A DNA stretch of 53,749 nt, taken from NCBI GenBank assembly GCA_047624725.1, contig JBLHQB010000001.1:1-53749 (forward strand), read 5' to 3'. A program made the position numbers and the translations under genes. Positions 9,012 to 17,091 of the stretch are shown in pieces; the stretch's first letter is position 1; each line of letters starts with the position of its first letter. The stretch comes from Patiriisocius sp. (GTDB taxonomy: Bacteria; Patescibacteriota; Minisyncoccia; Phycocordibacterales; UBA918). The notes beneath the pieces were generated by a model. That model saw only the letters and a list, made by a program, of their open reading frames with translations, had not been told where the DNA came from and ran no database searches.

Positions 9012-9089
9012 GTGAGAAGTGACTCAATGTCACCTTGCAAGAGGTTGCCAGCTCATACGAGCGACAACCTGAACAGCTTCTGTAAGAAG
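9012..9089 (+). repeat. Structured cargo X, copy without family A ends
   Basis: GTGAGAA..GTGAC-tcaat-GTCAC..TTGCAAGAGGTT..GCTC-atac-GAGC GACAACCTGAACAG CTTCT-gta-AGAAG. Confidence 0.75.
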
Positions 9090-9090
9090 A

Positions 9091-9203
9091 ACCACAACTA
9101 TTCTGAATTTGTCCTAATTTATAAAGAGACCACAGTCGATTATAAAAATGGAAATACCCTTGGGGTGCTGTCCCGATTTTTCCTCCAAGGAAAATCGCTG
9201 GAC
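9091..9203 (+). repeat. Family B element copy 2 (interrupted by about 50 nt)
   Basis: ACAACTATTCTGAATTT GTCCTAATTT [insert] GTCC-CGATTTTTCC-tcca-GGAAAATCG-ct-GGAC (hairpin 9170-9203). Confidence 0.7.
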
Positions 9204-9241
9204 GAAGGAAGTTGAAACAGCAGATACACTAAAAGCAAAAT

Positions 9242-10216
9242 ATGGAACACGATATTGAAAAATTAGCGGAATTTAAAGAAAATCACAAAACACAGTATTT
9301 GTTGACGGTGTATTACGCTGAGCTACAGAAGCTTGTTGATGCGCGCGAGTTAGCTGACTCTGATCCTGAGATGGCAGAGCTTGCTAAGGAAGAAATTGAA
9401 ACACTTGAAGTTCAACTACAAAACCAGTTTGATGAAATGAATAAGATTGTTGAAGCGTCTCGCGAGGAAGAAGAGCGACCGTTTGGGGTTATGCTTGAAG
9501 TGCGTGCGGGAGCAGGAGGGGACGAAGCCGCACTCTTTGCTGAAGAACTTGCGAGTATGTACCTGACGTACGCACAGAATCAAGGATGGCAGACAAGCTC
9601 TGAACATAAGTCAGTAGCGACTATGGGTGGATATAAAGAAGCTGCATTCGAGATTCTTTCACCAAAGGCATATGATGCATTTAGATATGAAACAGGGGTT
9701 CATCGAGTACAGCGTATTCCGTCTACCGAGAAGCAAGGACGAATCCATACATCAACCGCATCAGTAGCAGTGCTACCAATGCGTAAGAAGCCAAAGATTG
9801 TTATTGATCCTGGAGACATCGATATGGAATTCTCACGAGCAGGTGGGGCGGGGGGACAGAACGTGAACAAGGTTGAGACTGCAGTACGTGTAGTGCACCG
9901 GCCCACAGGGATGGACGTGCGGTGTGAGTCTGACCGTTCGCAGTTGAAGAACCGTGAAAAGGCGATGCAGATGCTTATTGCGAAGCTTGAGGCAGCGTTT
10001 GAAGAAGAGCAGGCACGTAAGCACTCTGAGTTCCGAAGTAATCAGATTGGCACCGGAGATCGTTCTGAAAAGATCCGAACCTACAATTTCCCACAAAACC
10101 GTATTACTGATCATCGAATCAAGGAATCATGGCATACCATCGAGGCGACGCTTGGAGGAGAGTTGCAGCCAATTATTGACGCGATCCATGCAGCACAGGC
10201 GGAACTGGAAAAATAA
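9242..10216 (+). CDS. prfA: Peptide chain release factor 1 (short N-terminus)
   Basis: GGQ motif ([25 protein letters not shown]) and RF1-type P-x-T tripeptide ([14 protein letters not shown]). 324 aa. Confidence 0.88.
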   Translation: MEHDIEKLAEFKENHKTQYLLTVYYAELQKLVDARELADSDPEMAELAKEEIETLEVQLQNQFDEMNKIVEASREEEERPFGVMLEVRAGAGGDEAALFAEELASMYLTYAQNQGWQTSSEHKSVATMGGYKEAAFEILSPKAYDAFRYETGVHRVQRIPSTEKQGRIHTSTASVAVLPMRKKPKIVIDPGDIDMEFSRAGGAGGQNVNKVETAVRVVHRPTGMDVRCESDRSQLKNREKAMQMLIAKLEAAFEEEQARKHSEFRSNQIGTGDRSEKIRTYNFPQNRITDHRIKESWHTIEATLGGELQPIIDAIHAAQAELEK

Positions 10217-10220
10217 CATT

Positions 10221-10247
10221 AAAACGATGCCATGCGGGCATCGTTTT
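10221..10247 (+). terminator. Rho-independent terminator
   Basis: AAAACGATGCC-atgcg-GGCATCGTTTT after prfA. Confidence 0.8.
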
Positions 10248-10450
10248 GTTGTATTGCGCTCCTATATGGGCTGTGGTACTATTCCCGCGTTGCGCAAAAG
10301 CGCTTTTTTATATGGAGGAAACTCTGTATATCTGGTACTCCTTTAGTGCTATAACTCTATGCTCGTGCGTTACTTTATGTGACACCTCGATGCCCTAGGA
10401 AATGGCTTATTAATTAACAAAGGCAAGTGCTGGAATTTACTACACATATT

Positions 10451-11281
10451 ATGTCAACAGAAAACAACGAATCAAACTTAATCGAACGGTTATTCAAGGC
10501 TGGTGCACACTTCGGCTTCTCAAAGAGTCGACGTCATCCGTCTGTAGTACCGTTTATTTTTGGTAGCAAGCAAGGTACAGATATTTTTGACCTTGAGCAA
10601 ACAGCAGCAGCTATTGCTGAAGCTAAGCAGACACTTGCAGAAGCAGGTGAAAACGGAAAGACGGTACTTTTTGTAGGTACAAAAGAAGAAGTTTCTAAAA
10701 TTGTGACAGCAGGAGCTGTGGCAGTTGAAATGCCATATGTAACCAACCGATGGATCGGTGGGATGCTTACTAACTTCTCTGAAATCAAGAAGCGAATCGA
10801 ACGACTTAAGACACTTACTGCAGAACGTGAATCTGGTGAACTAGAACGAAAGTACATCAAGAAAGAACGAGTGGTAATCGGACGAGAAGTAGATAAGCTA
10901 GAATTCAACTTCGGTGGTATTAAGGCTATGGATCGAACTCCAGCGATGCTTGTGGTTGTTGACCCACGGCACGACGACATAGCAGTTACTGAAGCAAACT
11001 ACCTAAACATTCCGGTAATCGGAATCATGAGTTCTGACTGTGACGCAAAGAAGATGAAGACAGCAATCATGGTAAACGACGCACTTACGACAAGTGTTGA
11101 ACTAGCCGTTACTGAATTGGTAGAAGCGTACGCAGAAGGAAAGAAGAAGTACACACCGCCACCTCCACGAACGACTCGACCATCACGACCGTATGATCGT
11201 TCACGAACTACAGGCGGACGTACTACTGGACCTCGAACGACAGGCGGACGAACAACAGGACCAACAAGCGACCGTCGTTAG
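10451..11281 (+). CDS. rpsB: 30S ribosomal protein S2 with low-complexity C-terminal tail
   Basis: LFKAGAHFGFSKSRRHPSV..VTNRWIGGMLTNF..VVDPRHDDIAVTEANYLNIPVIG. Tail has a duplicated RTTGGRTTGP. Start set at ATG 10451. Confidence 0.93.
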   Translation: MSTENNESNLIERLFKAGAHFGFSKSRRHPSVVPFIFGSKQGTDIFDLEQTAAAIAEAKQTLAEAGENGKTVLFVGTKEEVSKIVTAGAVAVEMPYVTNRWIGGMLTNFSEIKKRIERLKTLTAERESGELERKYIKKERVVIGREVDKLEFNFGGIKAMDRTPAMLVVVDPRHDDIAVTEANYLNIPVIGIMSSDCDAKKMKTAIMVNDALTTSVELAVTELVEAYAEGKKKYTPPPPRTTRPSRPYDRSRTTGGRTTGPRTTGGRTTGPTSDRR

Positions 11282-11356
11282 TCTCTCTCACGTGTCGTGT
11301 GCAAGGGTTCCCCTTACACACCCACGCTTATTTTAGTTAGTTATACAATTGTACCT

Positions 11357-11941
11357 ATGGAAATTACATCACAAATGATTAAGGAATTGCGAGAAAAGAC
11401 TGGTATTTCAGTTATGCAATGCAAGAAGTCTCTTGAAGAAGCAGAGGGAGACATGGACAAGGCGCTGATCATCCTTAAGAAGAAGCGAAGTGAAGCTGCT
11501 GACAAGAAAGCTGATCGAGAGATTGGTGCAGGTGCTGTTGGGTCATACCTGCACAACACTAACGAGGTTGCATCATTAGTGCTTCTTTCATGCGAAACTG
11601 ACTTTGTGTCAAAGAACGAAGAATTCCTGGCACTTGCAAACGATATCGCTATGCACGTTTCAGCAATGAACCCGCAGTACATCGCTAAGGAAGAACTTGA
11701 TGATGCTATCATCGAGAAGGCTAAAGAAGTATTTGCTGAAGAGGTAAATGGTAAGCCTGAAGAAATGCGAGAAAAGATCATGGAAGGAAAGCTCAGTAGC
11801 TACTTCAAGGATCAGATTCTTCTAGAACAACCTTTTGTAAAGAACCCCGACACTACTATTGGTGAAATGGTTACAGGAGCAGTTCAGAAGTTTGGAGAGA
11901 AAGTAGTGGTTTCGCAAATCACTCGAGTTTCTGTAAAATAA
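11357..11941 (+). CDS. tsf: Elongation factor Ts (short form, 194 aa)
   Basis: MEITSQMIKELREKTGISVMQCKKSLEEAEGDMDKA (UBA-like N-terminus) and position after rpsB. Start set at ATG 11357. Confidence 0.88.
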   Translation: MEITSQMIKELREKTGISVMQCKKSLEEAEGDMDKALIILKKKRSEAADKKADREIGAGAVGSYLHNTNEVASLVLLSCETDFVSKNEEFLALANDIAMHVSAMNPQYIAKEELDDAIIEKAKEVFAEEVNGKPEEMREKIMEGKLSSYFKDQILLEQPFVKNPDTTIGEMVTGAVQKFGEKVVVSQITRVSVK

Positions 11942-12166
11942 GGAATGAAGGTCATAGTAAATGGCCAAAGCAATATCTCAGAATTCGAGCGAAAAATATG
12001 AAGTGTGAGGAAGCGTAGTTTTACTATGTCAACGAGCAATGAATGTTTTACAGCCGGATTATGTGGGATTGACTGGCCAAGCGTACAATGAGACTTAAAA
12101 AGTCGAATTTTACATACTACACAGATATTATTTACAGCGGTTTACTATGAGTTTAATTCCTTTGCA

Positions 12167-12583
12167 ATGACACCTGCACTTATCTATCTCGCAGGAAGCG
12201 TAGCGATCCTTATGATTCTCATAGGGATCTTTCGCGTTGAGGATGCACGTGAAGGAAAGCTGGTTCTCTTAAGTAAGTCACGACTCTTCTTTAGTAAGGT
12301 GGTGAGTTATGTGGGAAGGAAGCTCTATTCGCTTGATACCTACATCGGTAAAGGGTTTGCACGTATTATGTTGCATTATGCTGTACATGGCCTCCTGGAG
12401 CGCGTTTTGAACGTACTGAAGGGTACACAAGGTCGCGTGGAGAGTTTATTACATCGTAATAAGCAGGTAGTTAAGGAGATCAGTAAAGATAAGAAGCGCA
12501 ATCACTTAGACGAGATTGCAGACCACCAGCAGGAGACTGCATTGAGTGAAGCGCAGAAGAAGAAGATGCGATCGCATGAGTAG
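12167..12583 (+). CDS. Hypothetical membrane protein (138 aa)
   Basis: N-terminal TM (ALIYLAGSVAILMILIGIF) and a basic C-terminus, followed by a strong terminator. Confidence 0.5.
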   Translation: MTPALIYLAGSVAILMILIGIFRVEDAREGKLVLLSKSRLFFSKVVSYVGRKLYSLDTYIGKGFARIMLHYAVHGLLERVLNVLKGTQGRVESLLHRNKQVVKEISKDKKRNHLDEIADHQQETALSEAQKKKMRSHE

Positions 12584-12614
12584 AAAAAAACCAATACTAA
12601 CGTATTGGTTTTTT
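12584..12614 (+). terminator. Rho-independent terminator
   Basis: AAAAAAACCAATAC-taac-GTATTGGTTTTTT. Confidence 0.85.
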
Positions 12615-12620
12615 GTTTAA

Positions 12621-12649
12621 TGGATTGCTTTGTGAACTCGCAAAGACGG
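12621..12649 (-). repeat. Family A unit, inverted orientation
   Basis: TGGATTGCtttgtgaaCTCGCAAAGACGG. Confidence 0.75.
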
Positions 12650-12680
12650 TGGGTAGTTATGTTGACTGGTGTCGAGGAGG

Positions 12681-12706
12681 TCTATGTATCGTGTGCGATA
12701 CATAGA
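12681..12706. repeat. Family E hairpin
   Basis: TCTATGTATC-gtgtgc-GATACATAGA. The same arms recur at 31862-31887. Confidence 0.65.
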
Positions 12707-12753
12707 TTTTTGGTTGGGATGTCTGAGCTAGATGATTTGATAGTTGTGCCTGC

Positions 12754-12867
12754 CGTCTTTGCGAGCCTCAGCGTGAGAAGTGACTTAATGTCAGTTCGCA
12801 AGAGGTTTCCTGATATTTCTTTAGAAATATTGAAAACCTGAACAGTTTCTGTAAGAAAGCAATCTAG
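12754..12867 (+). repeat. Family A unit split by the short form of cargo X (114 nt)
   Basis: CGTCTTTGCGAGCCTCAGCG..hairpins 12777-12797, 12812-12831, 12846-12858..GCAATCtAG. Confidence 0.8.
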
Positions 12868-12877
12868 AGTTTTGCTG

Positions 12878-13004
12878 CCTGGAGCCACACGAGTTACTAA
12901 CTATAATTATACGCTTCGCTTTAATTCTAGTAAGTACTCGCGACCCCGCCTCGCTGTTCGTCGTCCAGGAAGGACTCCTCACAACGCTCCGGCTTGGCTC
13001 CAGG
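12878..13004. other. GC-rich structured element closed by a 10-bp stem made of tRNA-Thr 3'-end-like sequence
   Basis: CCTGGAGCCA (12878-12887) pairs with TGGCTCCAGG (12995-13004). Nested imperfect helices sit inside. The 11-mer CCTGGAGCCAC repeats the 3' end of the tRNA-Thr gene region (13058-13068). Confidence 0.4.
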
Positions 13005-13030
13005 CACGTACCTGACGCAGGTCAGGTACT

Positions 13031-13056
13031 AAAAAAGCCCCTTGCGGGACTTTTTT
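13031..13056 (-). terminator. Rho-independent terminator downstream of tRNA-Thr
   Basis: Minus strand reads AAAAAAGTCCC-gcaa-GGGGCTTTTTT. It is preceded by a second hairpin GTACCTGAC-gcag-GTCAGGTAC (13008-13029). Confidence 0.7.
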
Positions 13057-13059
13057 ACC

Positions 13060-13135
13060 TGGAGCCACCTGTCAGATTCGAACTGACGACCTACTCATTA
13101 CAAGTGAGTTGCTCTACCAACTGAGCTAAGGTGGC
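13060..13135 (-). tRNA. tRNA-Thr (anticodon UGU), CCA encoded, discriminator U73
   Basis: Reverse complement GCCACCT-TA-GCTC-AGTTGGTA-GAGC-A-ACTCA-CTTGTAA-TGAGT-AGGTC-GTCAG-TTCGAAT-CTGAC-AGGTGGC-T-CCA. All four stems are perfect. Confidence 0.88.
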
Positions 13136-13258
13136 AATATTTTGTTGTACTACATTCTACACTCCCTCTGCTACCTGCTCACTTGTGACAAGTGATGAAA
13201 CAGTCTCCCAGACTATTTCATCTCTACCAACTGAGCTAAGGTGGCAATATTTTGTTGT
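13112..13258. repeat. Pair of perfect 37-nt direct repeats (13112-13148 and 13222-13258)
   Basis: CTCTACCAACTGAGCTAAGGTGGCAATATTTTGTTGT occurs twice. It comprises tRNA-Thr positions 1-24 plus 13 nt of upstream sequence. Confidence 0.85.
13150..13245 (-). pseudogene. Degenerate tandem copy of tRNA-Thr (tRNA-like remnant)
   Basis: Intact acceptor-5'/D-arm, then an 11-bp hairpin insert (TGAAATAGTCT-ggg-AGACTGTTTCA), then TCACTTGT (anticodon-loop remnant) and GAGCAGGTAGCAG (cf. GAGTAGGTCGTCAG). No T-arm or 3' acceptor. Confidence 0.5.
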
Positions 13259-13498
13259 GTCTATTAGTGCTTCCTTTCGTCCAGCGATTCGCCCAAGGGT
13301 AGAACGAATCGGGACATAAATTCAGGATAGTCGCGACGCTCTTTCCTTCACTCATCTGGATCGCACCATTATTACAATTTTTCATAAAATTGCAAGCCCT
13401 TTGTCCATGTTTTGGATTCCAGTAGCAAACCACACATAACCCCGTAAAAAGCTTTATTTTACAACAAAAAAAGTATATACTGCGCCACACATAACCTT

Positions 13499-15139
13499 AT
13501 GGATATTAAAGAACACTCAGCCCACCTCGATCTTCCTCTCTCAACTCAGAACGATCGTTCTGAGGCAAACTCAGAAGCGGAAGAAACGAGCCTCAAGGCT
13601 CATTTACTTCCATACGCGCAACGTCCTGACTTTAAAGTCGGACGCGCTACCGAGCTTTCTGGGAAAGATCGGCGTTTTTATCGTCTCCTTGAAATTCTTC
13701 CAGGAGTTGCTTCATGGGGGACACTTATTGGTGTGCTTTGGATGTCTAACTATAAACCGTTTATCGCGGCGTACTTTATTATTGGATTCGCGATCTACTG
13801 GGTTTTAAAAACTGCCTTCCTTTCATACCATCTGCGGTACAACTGGAAGCGACTGCGACACCACCTTTCGCTTGATTGGCAAATGATGGTTGAGCGTTTC
13901 GAGTTTGGGCACATGTACCAGCTTATTGTGTTGCCGTTTTATGAAGAGTCTGAAGAAATTGTAAACGCAACTCTGCAATCAATTGCTGACACGCGCTACG
14001 ACAAGAAAAGTATTTTGATAGTACTTGCAGCAGAAGAGCGAGCAGGAGAAGGTGCACAGAAAGTTGCTAACGCTATGAAAGCAAAGTGGGGTGACACCTT
14101 TGGTTCTTTCTTGGTGACCACGCACCCTAAAGATGTGCCAGGAGAAATGGCAGGGAAGGGATCTAATGCTGCGTACGCAGCTGAGCAGGCGCGCCTTGTG
14201 TTATTAGATCCCCACGGTATTCGATACAACCACGTACTAGTTTCTATTTTTGATATTGATACGGTTCTATATCCTGAATACTTCAACTGCCTTATCTGGC
14301 ACTTCATGACGGCACCAAATCCATTGAAGTCCTCATTCCAGCCAGTGCCTATTTTCAATAACAACATCTGGGAGGCTCCTGCGGTTGCGCGTGTGGTTGC
14401 GATGAGTAGTACGTTCTGGGAAATGGTGCAGCAGGAACGTCCTGAACGAATGGCTACTTTTTCCTCGCACTCAGTAAGTTTCCAAGCACTCTATGAAGTG
14501 GGGTACTGGCAAAGTAATATGGTCAGTGAAGACTCACGTATCTACTGGAATCTGATGTTCGCAAATGATGGTGTCTATGACGTAATTCCATTGTCGTACC
14601 CCGTGTCTATGGATGCTAATGCTGCGCCAACATTGTGGGGTACGGTTAAGAACGTATACAAGCAACACCAACGATGGACATATGGTGTAGAAAACTTCTG
14701 CTACATCATCTTTCACTTTACGAAGAATAAAAAGATCCCTCTACGAAAAAAGATTAGTGTAGGTTTCCAGCAAGCTGAAGGGTACTGGTCATTGGTTACT
14801 AACCCGATCATGCTTTTCATTCTTGGATGGGCACCAATTTTCTTGGGAACACAAGAGTTCCATCAGACGGTACTTTCATACAACCTTCCTATTCTCGTGC
14901 GAGACCTTCTTGCCCTTGCGATGTTTGGTCTGGTGATTTCTTCAATTATTTCTTTGACTATGTTGCCACCGCGACCTAAAGATAAGAGCCGTTTGAAATA
15001 TATTGTACTTGCGGTACAGTGGGTGCTTGTACCAGCGACAATGATTATCTTTAGTGCAATCCCTGGACTCCACTCGCAAACACGTTTGATGCTTGGAAAA
15101 TATATGGGATTCTGGGTAACGCCCAAAACGCGTATATAA
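13499..15139 (+). CDS. Family 2 glycosyltransferase, multi-pass membrane, processive (cellulose/chitin-synthase-like) type
   Basis: D-x-D (IFDIDTV) and Q-x-x-RW (QHQRWTYG) motifs. TM segments lie on both sides of the catalytic domain. 546 aa. Confidence 0.75.
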   Translation: MDIKEHSAHLDLPLSTQNDRSEANSEAEETSLKAHLLPYAQRPDFKVGRATELSGKDRRFYRLLEILPGVASWGTLIGVLWMSNYKPFIAAYFIIGFAIYWVLKTAFLSYHLRYNWKRLRHHLSLDWQMMVERFEFGHMYQLIVLPFYEESEEIVNATLQSIADTRYDKKSILIVLAAEERAGEGAQKVANAMKAKWGDTFGSFLVTTHPKDVPGEMAGKGSNAAYAAEQARLVLLDPHGIRYNHVLVSIFDIDTVLYPEYFNCLIWHFMTAPNPLKSSFQPVPIFNNNIWEAPAVARVVAMSSTFWEMVQQERPERMATFSSHSVSFQALYEVGYWQSNMVSEDSRIYWNLMFANDGVYDVIPLSYPVSMDANAAPTLWGTVKNVYKQHQRWTYGVENFCYIIFHFTKNKKIPLRKKISVGFQQAEGYWSLVTNPIMLFILGWAPIFLGTQEFHQTVLSYNLPILVRDLLALAMFGLVISSIISLTMLPPRPKDKSRLKYIVLAVQWVLVPATMIIFSAIPGLHSQTRLMLGKYMGFWVTPKTRI

Positions 15140-15159
15140 GACTCGAAACTAAATACTTT

Positions 15160-16320
15160 ATGACACCAGTACCAGAAGTAAAACCTTTAGCACACGGACA
15201 CCGGCGATTTATCTTTATCGCTTCAGTGAGTATTTTCTGTATCGCTGTACCCGCATTAGTTTTCTATGCAACGGGATACCGACTTAACTTCTTTGATGCA
15301 AGTAGTGACAACATTACGAGTGTGGGTGGCATGTATGTAAGCTCTGAGCTGCGCGACGTGGAAATGTATCTCGATGAAGAGCAGGTTGATGATATGCGTG
15401 TGTTTCAAAACGCGTCATACATCCAGAACCTTAATTCAGGTATGCACCAAATCCATGTACAGGGAGAGGCGATACAGACATGGGTAAAAGAGCTTCCTGT
15501 GTATTCACATATCGTGACCGAAGCACAGAGTTTCAATATGCCTGCAGTGTCCCAGATTCGAGTGGTGAACCAATGGAACACTGCAGACAATCTGGCAGTT
15601 CTTTTTGATGAGGCAACGAGTACTAAATTTGCACACGCATCAATCACTAATTCTTTTTTCTTAGCGACCACTACCGCAACTTCGACATATACGACAAATC
15701 CAGAACATGAATACATAGGGACACTTTTCGCGTCGTCTACTGAGATTGCATTACTCTTGCAACAACAGCGCGATGCGCTTCAGCTCCCACGATTCAACTT
15801 TAGTACGCCTGTAGCGACAACTACTGTAGCAACTACAACGATGGCAACCACAACAAAGACATGGAGAGATATTGAATTGTCAGAGACCCAAGGGGAGGTT
15901 GTCGCGCGTTGGGTTGGTTCAGATAAAGACATCCCATATTACTTCTGTGTAAATCACACTGATGTAACAACAACGATCGCAACATACGGAGCGCATGTAT
16001 ACGGTGGGTTAGTGTCTGAATACGGAAGTAGTACCGATCCTTCATACATACTAGAAGCATCTGATCGTTTGTGTCGTTCACAGATTCGAATTGATCGACT
16101 ATGGCAGGAGGTGGCATGGTTCGAGTTCTACCCAAACAACCGTGACCACGTACTAATGCTTCTACAAGACGGACTCTATGTCGTAGAAATTGACGACCGA
16201 GCATGGCAGAACACACAGTTGCTCTATGCGGGTACTGATCTGCAGGTTGTGCTCGACGGAGGTCGAATCTTTATTGAAGATGATACGTACTTCGTAGAAG
16301 TCTTTACGGAAATACAGTAG
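15160..16320 (+). CDS. Membrane-anchored hypothetical protein, probably co-transcribed with the GT2 gene
   Basis: N-terminal TM (FIFIASVSIFCIAVPALVFYA), T-rich linker (ATTTVATTTMATTT), 20-nt gap to the upstream gene. Confidence 0.55.
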   Translation: MTPVPEVKPLAHGHRRFIFIASVSIFCIAVPALVFYATGYRLNFFDASSDNITSVGGMYVSSELRDVEMYLDEEQVDDMRVFQNASYIQNLNSGMHQIHVQGEAIQTWVKELPVYSHIVTEAQSFNMPAVSQIRVVNQWNTADNLAVLFDEATSTKFAHASITNSFFLATTTATSTYTTNPEHEYIGTLFASSTEIALLLQQQRDALQLPRFNFSTPVATTTVATTTMATTTKTWRDIELSETQGEVVARWVGSDKDIPYYFCVNHTDVTTTIATYGAHVYGGLVSEYGSSTDPSYILEASDRLCRSQIRIDRLWQEVAWFEFYPNNRDHVLMLLQDGLYVVEIDDRAWQNTQLLYAGTDLQVVLDGGRIFIEDDTYFVEVFTEIQ

Positions 16321-16373
16321 ACGCACATGTAGACCCGTGAATGATTACCAATCTTTTGATACTATAGATACTT

Positions 16374-17090
16374 ATGAAAAAAGGACATCAACACCCATTA
16401 ACACAAATGATCTCAGAGATTAATAGTATTTTCTCAGAGATCGGTTTTGTGTTTGCTGACGGACCTGAGGCTGAGACTGAAGTATTTAATTTCGATAAGC
16501 TTAACGTACCTAAAGACCATCCAGCTCGAGATATGCAAGATACATTTTGGTTTCGTAACGATGACGTATCGGAGCCAATGGTACTTCGTACACAAACTTC
16601 ACCAGTACAGGTTCGGTATATGGAAACACATGAGATGCCTGTTCGGATTATTGTGCCAGGAAAAGTGTTTCGCAATGAAGCAACTGATGCAACACACGAA
16701 GCACAGTTTCATCAACTAGAGGGTCTGTATGTAGACAAGGGGGTACACATGGGACACCTTAAGGGAACTATTGAGCACTTCTTCTCAAAGTTTTTCGGGA
16801 GTGAAACAGAGATTCGTTTCCGCCCGAGCTTCTTCCCGTTTGTAGAGCCTGGTGTAGAAATAGATATGATGCTTAAAGGGAGCGATAGTAAGCTTGCAAA
16901 TAAATGGATTGAAGTGATGGGAGCAGGAATGGTGCACCCAGAGGTACTTAGGAATTCAGGTGTTGATCCTGAGGTGTATTCAGGCTTTGCATTCGGTATG
17001 GGTATCGACCGTTTGGCAGTGATGAAGTACGGTATCAGCGATATTCGTGATCTGTATACAGGCGACTTACGATTCGTTAATCAATTTTAA
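16374..17090 (+). CDS. pheS: Phenylalanine--tRNA ligase alpha subunit (short, lacks N-terminal extension)
   Basis: HPARDMQDTFW, FRPSFFPFVEPGVEIDM, GAGMVHPEVL..GFAFGMGIDRLAM-type class II motifs. 238 aa. Confidence 0.92.
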   Translation: MKKGHQHPLTQMISEINSIFSEIGFVFADGPEAETEVFNFDKLNVPKDHPARDMQDTFWFRNDDVSEPMVLRTQTSPVQVRYMETHEMPVRIIVPGKVFRNEATDATHEAQFHQLEGLYVDKGVHMGHLKGTIEHFFSKFFGSETEIRFRPSFFPFVEPGVEIDMMLKGSDSKLANKWIEVMGAGMVHPEVLRNSGVDPEVYSGFAFGMGIDRLAVMKYGISDIRDLYTGDLRFVNQF

Positions 17091-17091
17091 T

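Noticed and set aside
12930-13030. Possible SRP (4.5S) RNA, suggested by GCTGTT and GTCC-AGGAA-GGAC strings in a GC-rich imperfect hairpin
   Set aside because: The apical loop is a pentaloop rather than GGAA. The conserved AGCAGCC/symmetric-loop nucleotides of SRP helix 8 are absent on either strand. The resemblance is too weak without a covariance-model hit.
13236-13490. 84-aa minus-strand ORF upstream of the glycosyltransferase gene
   Set aside because: It has no RBS, overlaps the tRNA-derived repeat, and lies in the probable promoter region of the GT2 gene. The composition looks non-coding.
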